Positions 55,802 to 64,000 of a stretch of DNA of 64,000 nt are shown here, in pieces. The stretch is from assembly GCA_030141605.1 (NCBI GenBank), contig JAQGDQ010000115.1, positions 542,707 to 606,706 of the forward strand. The letters are read 5' to 3'. Source of the stretch: Tubiluchus corallicola. Taxonomy: Eukaryota; Animalia; Priapulida. Numbering within the stretch: the first letter of the stretch is position 1; the number at the start of each line of letters is the position of its first letter. The translations under genes were made by a program, and so were the position numbers. Below the pieces are notes generated by a model. That model had not been told where the DNA came from. It saw only the letters and a list, made by a program, of their open reading frames with translations, and searched no databases.

Positions 55802-55815
55802 TAGCATCCTCCGTT
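55802..55815 (-). other. Putative polypurine-tract position (AACGGAGGATGCTA), only weakly purine-rich
   Basis: Immediately upstream of the 3' LTR on the element's sense strand. Confidence 0.6.
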
Positions 55816-56403
55816 ACAAAAGCTTGATCCATCAAATTTTTACTACTAAAATGTGATATCAAGACTTTTAACACAATAGGTCAGGGCAATAAACTAGTTA
55901 CACAAAAAATCATGATACATATTCATCACAATAATAGACCAAAATAACTAATGTCAATGACAAAAAAATACAATACTCAATCATTGTCTTCCTCAACAAA
56001 TCTTTGTGAATTTCTTCACTCATGAAATAATTACATATCAGGTAATACAGTATTTGTTTACTCTTAAGCTTACAACGCAAGGTTCAAATCTTGGTTTCAA
56101 AATAAATCAATAAACTAAAAATAAAACACTGTTTTGTCTTAAACAAAGGAGAAATACTTTTACTATTTATCAGCCTAACAAGATTAAAATAATACAATAC
56201 AACAACACATCACGGCCCATGTTTTCTATTACCACTCATAGATGGCATTGCGAATATATTAAACTAATTTTGCAACAAAATTTTATTATTTGTAATTCAT
56301 TTCTAATGAATTAGCTTCATATAATGTAAAAGAAAATGTTTCAAACTGGTCAGAGGTGATCTTTAATCACCTAACTTGGGCTTTAGTGGTTGGAATTACC
56401 CAT

Positions 56404-59400
56404 TCATAGACGTGAAAGAGAATCTGCTACAATATTATCTTTTCCAGCAATATTCTCTACAGTAAAGTGGAATTCTTGCAAAATAAGCGCCCATGTACAA
56501 AGGCGGCGATTATTTCTCTTCATGCGTGGGAGTGCTAGCAAACTACGTTGGTCAGTTCGTACTATGAACTCATGACCTTCTAAGTAGTAACGTAACTTAG
56601 ATACAGAATACACTACTGCCAACAACTCAATTTCCACAACACTATAATTTCGTTCACACGTAGTTAACTTTCTGCTCACATGTGTAATTGGCACCTCACC
56701 TAACTCACTCTGTACTTGTGTCAGCACTCCACCAATACCACTAAATGAAGCATCAGTTGTTAGAACGAATTTCTGCGAAAAATCAGGTGAGTGAAGCACC
56801 GTGTCTGAGTTCAGTGCAGTGCGCAGTTCTATAAAGCTGCGTTCACACTCTTCATTCCAGTCAACGTGTACAGGTGCATTTTTCTCAAGCAGTGCATACA
56901 AGGGTACCGCAATAGAACTAAACATCGGAATAAACCGTCGATAAAAACCGATTAAACCGAGGAAAGCTCGTACTTGTCTTTTGGTCTGAGGACGAGGGGT
57001 TTCATGAATCTTTTGAATCTTCTCGACCTGTGGGCGTAAGCGATTCTTTCCAACAACATATCCGAGAAATTTGGTCTCAGTTTGGGCGAAGTTGCACTTC
57101 TTTGGTTTAAGTGTAAGACCAGCACGTCGTAGCAGGGCTAATACCAACCGAATATGTTGCAGATGGGATTGCCAAGTGTTTGATTTAATCATGCTGTCAT
57201 CAATGTATCCGTGGGCATATTCCTCTGCAGCTTCTAACACCCTGTCTACCAAGCTCTGACAGGTTTGTGCACTGTTGACAAGGCCAAAAGGCATCACAAC
57301 GAATTCGAATTTTCCGAATTCTGTAACGAAAGCAGAGTATGCTTGGGATTCTTCGGCGAGTTTTATTTGCCAGTACGCCTTTGAAAGGTCCAATGTGGTT
57401 ATCCACAGAGCGCCATGCATGCCGTCCACGATGTCATCTACCCGAGGCATGATATAGTGATTGAAAGCCGTTTGAGCATTTAAAAGCCTATAATCTATAC
57501 AGAAACGAAAACCTGATGCAGCGTCCTTTTTTGGCACAAGGACAACTGGTGAAGAAAATTCAGAATTAGATCTGCGTATCACTTGTAATTTCTGCATCTC
57601 TTCTAATTCTTTTCTGATAACCTCTCTGCGAGCATGAGGAGTTCGGTATGGCCTCTGTCTAACTGGTGTAGGATTTGTTAGAGTAATGCGATGTTGAACT
57701 AATTCAGTGCGACCAGGAAGATCAGTGAACATCTCTGAAAATTCTGCAAGTACTGCTGCCAACTCACTGATCTGTTCGTCATTGAGATGAGAATCATATG
57801 CTACATCATTGAGAGACTGGGTGGGTGAGGCAGAAGGCGGGAATGCATATTCAGGAAGTTTCAATGAACACTCATTTTCCTCCTGCTCATCCATCTTCAC
57901 ATCACCACAACCACCTTCAGACAAAACACTGTCTAGTGACGTTGTACTAAATTCCTCACACTTTGCAAACAAAACCATGTGCTCGTCGCGTTCAACAAAT
58001 GGTTTCAACATGTTGATATGATATGTTCTTGTATGGCGTTTGCGTGCACTTTTGCCTCCTAAATGTATTTTATATGTCCAATCAGACAATTTATCAACAA
58101 CGGTAAAGGGGCCACGATAGCGCTTTTGCATTTTGCTTTTACCTTCAGGCATTAAAACAAGAACTTTTTGCCCTATTTCAAGCGAGCGTTCTGAAGTGGT
58201 TTTATCATACCAATTTTTCTGTGATATTTTAGCTTTTTGCAAAGCTTCATGGGCATCAGTAGTTGCCTCTTCTACAGTGTTAATTATGCGAGTCACGTAA
58301 TCATCAATTTCCTCCCACTTAGGAGCTTCTACAGAGCCCCAACGTTCCTTTAGGGCAGCCAAAGGCCCACGCACGGGAAAACCGTAAACTAGCTGAAATG
58401 GAGCATACCCAGTGGATTCTTGGGGTACTTCCCGGAAAGCAAATAAAATGAACGGAATAGTTTCATCCCAGGGTAAATGTTTCTCATTTTGCATGACTTT
58501 TAAAATGCAGGATTTTAATGAGCCATTAAATCTCTCACTTAACCCATTCCCCTGTGGGCTATATGGGGAAGTGAAAATTCCCTTTACACCCAAGGCCTGT
58601 TCTAAATCATGGATCAACTGCGAGGTGAATTGAGTACCTATGTCGGTTAAAATCTCACGCGGGATGCCATGTCGACATATGTATTGCAATAAAGCTTTAA
58701 CAACAGTAGTGGTTTCAATATTTGGCAGCGGGTAGCAATCGGGGTACCTCGTAGCATGATCTATTATTATTAACGCGTACTTATTCCCCGAGGGTGTTCT
58801 CTTCATAGGCCCAATAATATCCATGGCTATAGTTCGAAATGCAATCGAAGGTATGGACAATGGCTTTAATTTTGCTTTATCAGAACGTTTAATTCTCGCC
58901 GTTTTCTGACATGGGACACACGAGCGGCAATATTGTGTCACTGAACGTTTAACTCTAGGCCAAATACATTCTTGTAAAACACGTTGGGTAGTTTTACGTA
59001 TGCCCAGGTGACCAGCCATGTGCGCATCATGTGCCAAAGATAAGACTGCCAAACGTCTATACTTGGGTACAACCAAAAGTTCGCGGGGTTCAGCATCGCG
59101 CTTTTCACGTGTCAGGTAATATAAAACCCCATCTTTAATGAAGTAACCCTTTCTTTGGGCACGAGCTACTGTTTCTGTGACTGCGTGATCACGTAAATTG
59201 CGCAAACTAACATCATCGCGCTGTTCTTGCTGCAATTGTTCTTTACTAAGCTGTAACAGCTGCTGTTGCTGTGCTTTAGTAGCTATGCCAGATGCAATAT
59301 TTTTTTCCGCTTTTTGATCAGCGTTTAAACTACTTAGTAATTGTTTCTCGCTGTTAGCTTCTGCTTGTAGCTGCTTTGCTTTTGATCGGGTTACAGCAAA

Positions 59401-61260
59401 AGCTTTTTTCGAATGACCAGCTTGTTTCGCGACATTTATATTTCCACTCACAAGTTCATCAGAACAATGTGACGTATCTGAATTTTCAGGTGTGATACAT
59501 TCTAAATCAACTGACTTAGGTGGTGTACTAAAACTCTGTTTAATGCTAAATGGTGTCACAGCAGTTCGGTAATCATTACCTAGCAAAAAGGGCACAGGAA
59601 GACTATCAGACACTGCCACTCTCAATCTACCATTGACTAGTGTACATTCCACCTCAACAACAGCCGCACGTGTATTTTTAACATCGCCATGCACACACCA
59701 AATTTTGGTACAATTTTCACTTTGTAGAAACTGTTCTGGACGGACATAACGTGGTTGGATCAAACTCACGCTAGCACCAGAATCTCTTATACCATCAATC
59801 CAGATACCATTAATTTTAGCTTTAAAGCTAAACTCATCAGACTCATGCACACACTCAGGCATAGCCGCAGGTGAACTGGTAGAGTGACTGGATTGGTGAC
59901 CAGTATTTCCTGTCTTGGCCAAGAATTGACGACTAGGATTTCTACTCTTGCCACTAGTTTCACCATAATTAGGGCGTTTCGGGCACTGGGTCGTTTTGTG
60001 TCCAAGTTCTCCGCAAGTATAACAGCGTATCTTCTTCATGACGTCATTATTCATCTTTTTTCCAGAACCATTTGAAAAAACTGCCGGCCTAAAATTTCCA
60101 CGCTGTTGTTGCATTGGTTTAAGTTTTGAAGCTGTACCTAATGCATTAGAAGCAATGTACAAATCGGCTTTCTCTGCCACCTTTTCCATTGTCTTCTGCC
60201 CTTGCTGCCTGACCCAAATGCTCATTTCACGGGGCATCAATGTAAGGGCCTGCTCAATACATAGCAGTTCACAAATGTTCTCAAAGGTGGACGCTTCTTC
60301 GGCTTTCAGCCATTCTTGCAGGGCACGATCAAGCCGTACAAAAAGCTGACGGAATGTTTCATCCGGTCTCCGAGTAATCTTGCGGAAACGCTCAAGATAC
60401 ATGTCATTGGAGAGGACATAGGCAGCTAACAAAGTCTTCCTTAAAACATTGTAATCTTGCATGCTGTCAAGTGGTACTTGTTGAAAAGCCTGGGCTGCTT
60501 TTCCGGATAAAGCTGGGCCCAGCGATGCAGCAAAGTGTTTCTCTTCAAGGCCATTAGCTTTGGCTACTGCTTCAAACCACTGTAAGAAAGTATGCAGATC
60601 ATCGGTTCCCACTGTAAAAACACGTGATAACTTTACACGGGTTATTCGAGATGCGGTTGTAGTAAGTATGCCATCAGGTGATTGAGGAGGAACCTGTGTC
60701 ACGTGACTTGGAGATGAGGCATCCAGCTCACGAAGCTTCAACTCAAACTGATACTGCTCTTTCTGCATTCGTTCTCTGCGTTCCTCACGCTCACGTTCCC
60801 ATTCTCTCTCTTCACGTTGCATACGTTCACGCCTTTCTTCACGTTTCTGTTCCCGTTCCCATTCACGCTCTTTCTCGCGCTCTACTAACTTTAACTTTTC
60901 AATATTGTAAAGAGGTACTGAACGTTCTGTCATCTCATCATCCGCAGGTTTACCATTAATAGCAGAATGCAAGGTAAGGTCGGCAGGAGGGGGAGTTGCT
61001 AACAGTTGATCAGACACACGTCTGCGCCCACTCATCTGCGCAACAGACACACTCGGTGTGCTTGACACACCTCCAACTTCTTTCGGTCTAACACTAGGTT
61101 CACCTGTCGTCACAGGGTTACCTTGTGCATTCATGATTATATCAATTATTCCGGCCTTATTTGCACCCTGTGGTAAAGTTAGCTTACGTTCAACAGTTAT
61201 CTGCTTTAAGACAGGTACAGTAAGTTGCTGCAATTCACTCTCCACGTAAACGCGTGACAT
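56404..61260 (-). CDS. Gag-Pol polyprotein, 1618 aa from the ATG at 61260: SCAN-like capsid, CCHC knuckle, protease, integrase, RT, RNase H
   Basis: CYTCGELGHKTTQC; RDSGAS; HHCC (AHDAHMAGH...CRSCVPC); D-D(35)E (MDII/TDIG/SERFN); RGPF; LDLSKAY, MPFGL, YIDD; TTDAS...ADSLSR. The track start at 61269 is a GTG. Confidence 0.97.
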   Translation of the reverse strand: MSRVYVESELQQLTVPVLKQITVERKLTLPQGANKAGIIDIIMNAQGNPVTTGEPSVRPKEVGGVSSTPSVSVAQMSGRRRVSDQLLATPPPADLTLHSAINGKPADDEMTERSVPLYNIEKLKLVEREKEREWEREQKREERRERMQREEREWEREREERRERMQKEQYQFELKLRELDASSPSHVTQVPPQSPDGILTTTASRITRVKLSRVFTVGTDDLHTFLQWFEAVAKANGLEEKHFAASLGPALSGKAAQAFQQVPLDSMQDYNVLRKTLLAAYVLSNDMYLERFRKITRRPDETFRQLFVRLDRALQEWLKAEEASTFENICELLCIEQALTLMPREMSIWVRQQGQKTMEKVAEKADLYIASNALGTASKLKPMQQQRGNFRPAVFSNGSGKKMNNDVMKKIRCYTCGELGHKTTQCPKRPNYGETSGKSRNPSRQFLAKTGNTGHQSSHSTSSPAAMPECVHESDEFSFKAKINGIWIDGIRDSGASVSLIQPRYVRPEQFLQSENCTKIWCVHGDVKNTRAAVVEVECTLVNGRLRVAVSDSLPVPFLLGNDYRTAVTPFSIKQSFSTPPKSVDLECITPENSDTSHCSDELVSGNINVAKQAGHSKKAFAVTRSKAKQLQAEANSEKQLLSSLNADQKAEKNIASGIATKAQQQQLLQLSKEQLQQEQRDDVSLRNLRDHAVTETVARAQRKGYFIKDGVLYYLTREKRDAEPRELLVVPKYRRLAVLSLAHDAHMAGHLGIRKTTQRVLQECIWPRVKRSVTQYCRSCVPCQKTARIKRSDKAKLKPLSIPSIAFRTIAMDIIGPMKRTPSGNKYALIIIDHATRYPDCYPLPNIETTTVVKALLQYICRHGIPREILTDIGTQFTSQLIHDLEQALGVKGIFTSPYSPQGNGLSERFNGSLKSCILKVMQNEKHLPWDETIPFILFAFREVPQESTGYAPFQLVYGFPVRGPLAALKERWGSVEAPKWEEIDDYVTRIINTVEEATTDAHEALQKAKISQKNWYDKTTSERSLEIGQKVLVLMPEGKSKMQKRYRGPFTVVDKLSDWTYKIHLGGKSARKRHTRTYHINMLKPFVERDEHMVLFAKCEEFSTTSLDSVLSEGGCGDVKMDEQEENECSLKLPEYAFPPSASPTQSLNDVAYDSHLNDEQISELAAVLAEFSEMFTDLPGRTELVQHRITLTNPTPVRQRPYRTPHARREVIRKELEEMQKLQVIRRSNSEFSSPVVLVPKKDAASGFRFCIDYRLLNAQTAFNHYIMPRVDDIVDGMHGALWITTLDLSKAYWQIKLAEESQAYSAFVTEFGKFEFVVMPFGLVNSAQTCQSLVDRVLEAAEEYAHGYIDDSMIKSNTWQSHLQHIRLVLALLRRAGLTLKPKKCNFAQTETKFLGYVVGKNRLRPQVEKIQKIHETPRPQTKRQVRAFLGLIGFYRRFIPMFSSIAVPLYALLEKNAPVHVDWNEECERSFIELRTALNSDTVLHSPDFSQKFVLTTDASFSGIGGVLTQVQSELGEVPITHVSRKLTTCERNYSVVEIELLAVVYSVSKLRYYLEGHEFIVRTDQRSLLALPRMKRNNRRLCTWALILQEFHFTVENIAGKDNIVADSLSRL

Positions 61261-61797
61261 TCTAATCACAGGATAATATAGGACAAATAGTAGTTACAGT
61301 GAAAAAACTTTATGCTTGCAGAATATTTATAGATCTATCATTCAACTGACACACACTGGCTCAACGCATACAAACAGACAAAAATACTGTATAGTAGGGT
61401 AATGTACGTGCAAATCAAACAAAGTAGCAAACTAGAATATACAAAATCTAGGCCAAGACTTTTGACTAGCCTGCAACGAAATAACGGTTTCACTAGCACT
61501 TGAAACGTTTACAGTGCAATCAAGGTCAAATCGGCATTCAAGTCGGCATACACCTGGAATTATAGCGTTTATAAAATCTACAGGAAACCTATTTAAGTAA
61601 TGGACAAAAACACATTCAACTGAATAATCAAAAATTCACTCAACGGAAGATGCTATGTTCTTTCGATATGCTTTTGCCCAAAGATTCCCCCAGAAAATTA
61701 GCTATGTAACTAATTACCTGAAAGTAAATATCATTAAATTCTCAAAATGCTGACAAAGAATTTTATTCCTACCGAATTACACCAAATAAAGTCAAAT

Positions 61798-61815
61798 ATC
61801 CCACTTCTGACACCA
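61798..61815 (-). other. Primer binding site TGGTGTCAGAAGTGGGAT, complementary to a tRNA-Leu 3' end
   Basis: 3 nt from the 5' LTR; the plus strand ATCCCACTTCTGACACCA matches the 3' end of eukaryotic tRNA-Leu(CAA-type) as I recall it. Confidence 0.88.
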
Positions 61816-61818
61816 TAA

Positions 61819-62805
61819 TGTGACGATGTAGTCTAAGTTCCGTTATTGTAAATATGTGGTTCGTGACTTAAGTGTAACCCTTAGGTAAAGAATAAAACAC
61901 TTAGTCGAAAACACTGTGAAGAAACCACTGAATTAATAAAATAATATAACAATTTAATGAATGTTTCAAAACACATTACGAGACAACTGTTAATAATAAA
62001 GACTAAGCCGGCTAAGAAGAGAAAGAACAACGTAACGTTTTCACCAGTCCTGTCTTGGCATCATCAAGCGACTATTCTCCTGCTCCTATTCCGCGTCATC
62101 TCCTCACCAGGGGCTTGATCGAGGAATGGTGCACCATAGAACGGTTGACTACACTACCTCTTCATGGATCTGATTACGTGAACGACGTCTTGAAACTTTG
62201 ACGACTCCTGATGTACACGCCTCCACTAATACGACGCCAAAATGGGGTAGCATCCAAGCTCCTGCACTCGTCGCAAGGTAAGGATTACCAATTTTGTAAT
62301 CACAGCATCCCGCACCAACGACAGTATCATCAACGTCAGGTAAATACGAGTAAGTATCATCAGCAGCAGATATCATCGACAACTGGTAAGTGATGTATCA
62401 TCAGCGTCAGGAAAATATAATCAGCAATAGGTAAGTATCATCGCTAGAATGCAACTATCGTCTCTGTCGTAACCAGGTAGACAGATCGCTTTTCTACAAG
62501 CAAGCACTATTACTACTAAACCATCATTTTATGACATGTGAACGTCCGCTTAACTCGACAACTTCAAGCGGAATACCTGGGCGAACTGAACAGCCAAAAT
62601 TTCGTTTACGTGGCTTCAATCACATGGTATAGAAGTAATGCATAAACAGTATCATTGAATGTACAGGTGAAATTTGATTTCAGAACAGGTTGGCTTCTGT
62701 CATTATATCGTTAAACATCTTAACTAAACTTCTTTTATAAATGGTGGAATTATAACAGTAGGAACTAGTTACATAACCTGGCCTAAAATAAGCCTGAGCG
62801 TCACA
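61819..62805 (-). repeat. 5' LTR (987 bp)
   Basis: TG...CA termini with 7-bp inverted repeats, adjacent to the PBS; candidate TATA box TATAAAAG on the minus strand at ~62732-62739. Confidence 0.97.
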
Positions 62806-63499
62806 CATACATATTTATGTATGTATAAAAATGTTATTAGACTAAGCGTCTTGTGTCCTAGCCAGAGCTTTTGCTTCAAAACCTCGTAGGGCTGTTTCTG
62901 CTGCTTTTATTTTTCTCTTCATTTTGCTTTTTCTCTTTTTACAAGCAGTTCTCTTGCAAGAGAAATTGTTTTGGATTATATTTCTAATTTCTTGGGGGTA
63001 CCTGAAGCAGGTTTCAGAAAAATTGCTTTCCAAAATTATATTAGTTTATAGAAATTTTATGCATATATCGTATTCGCGTTGAAAGTGTTTTGGAGATCTG
63101 GAGTATTCTATAGTATAGTAGAACAATCTTCTTGCCTTGTAGAAGTTTCAAGAACTTTCTATATGCGATGCGCGTAGTAGTTTCTAGATTGTTCATTGCA
63201 CTGATATATAAGGGAGCTGGTTGCTCATGTTTATTCTCATATTCTCAGATACGCTTTCTCACTTTCACGTTTCCAGATTATCACATTGACTGTATACATT
63301 TCGCGTTCCTTCATACTTTTGTGTTGTAGAATTTTCGCATAATAAACTAGTTTAATTTGATGATGTTTTCTGGTTTTCTCTACGAGCTTTCCGAGAGAAA
63401 GAAACACAACAGAAAGGATTTTTTGTTTGTTTTAATTTTAAATCTCCCACAGTACTGTTCCGATGGCGACTCTACATAACGTCATACATGCACAATGTA

Positions 63500-64000
63500 A
63501 ATCTGTGGAAGAGAAGGAAATGTTAAAGTATTTCCGTGCAAAGTTGTATTACATAGCATTTTGCTTACCTGCTTGAAAGACTTGTATAACTAGAAAAGAA
63601 AAATTTGTTAATTATTTAAAATATTTTCACCAATTGGTAAGATGTTGTTGACTCATCCTCCAGGGTGCACCACTCACTAACCAAAAAACAGATTTTTAAT
63701 CTTATTGACAAGATACAGTAATCTAAAATTTTACTTAGTTAGTTAGTGACGTGTGCATTACAGATGCGCTAATTATTTTTTCAAACTTTGCACAATCTTA
63801 TCTAAGCTTATTTCAAATGACTTTTCCTCAAAATGGCTGCACCTAACATCTAACGGTCATTGCGGAAGTTTAAATTTACATGTTTTATACAGCATTACTG
63901 ACGATGCAAGCCCTGTATGTAAAAGGGCAGTATGTAAATGGTATAGAATTTCAAGACGAATTTTTTTTATGTAAGTGGAGGGTTTTCTTGTGCTTTCAAG
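63500..64000 (+). repeat. Dispersed repeat homologous to ~49430-49925, runs off the window end
   Basis: Colinear shared blocks with the copy in SORD intron 3. Confidence 0.75.

Larger units (their letters stand above)
54799..62805 (-). mobile_element. Full-length Gmr1-like Ty3/gypsy LTR retrotransposon (8007 bp), antisense to SORD
   Basis: Two near-identical LTRs with TGTGACG...CGTCACA ends, 5-bp TSD CATAC (54794-98, 62806-10), PBS, and a single uninterrupted gag-pol ORF with INT upstream of RT. Confidence 0.97.

Noticed and set aside
55816-56403. Possible env or extra ORF after pol
   Set aside because: Only ~590 nt of AT-rich sequence with no ORF in the track.
57071-61249. Short plus-strand ORFs antisense to gag-pol
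   Set aside because: Expected shadows of a long coding region; no independent support.

Overview
AT-rich eukaryotic (invertebrate animal) genomic DNA. The first ~33 kb has no protein-coding exon I can support; it holds microsatellites, tandem arrays and decayed transposon pieces. The right half has two head-to-head genes: a complete 6-exon MBD2/3 gene (minus strand, 33008-43886, 252 aa) and exons 1-7 of sorbitol dehydrogenase (SORD, plus strand, 46519-53297; the remaining exons are not in the window). MBD2/3 intron 5 contains a decayed CR1/L2-type LINE interrupted by an hAT MITE, next to a PIF/Harbinger-type element carrying a 35-bp satellite with higher-order structure. Downstream of SORD exon 7 lies an intact, young, antisense 8.0-kb Gmr1-like Ty3/gypsy LTR retrotransposon (54799-62805; CATAC TSD, tRNA-Leu PBS, domain order SCAN-like Gag-CCHC-PR-INT-RT-RH). 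The most unusual observations concern this element: a 17-nt complementarity between its 5' leader and its PPT/U3 junction, an empty target site that rebuilds into a perfect 15-bp-arm palindrome, and a SAP/HeH-like N-terminal Gag module. All calls were made by eye; no searches were run.
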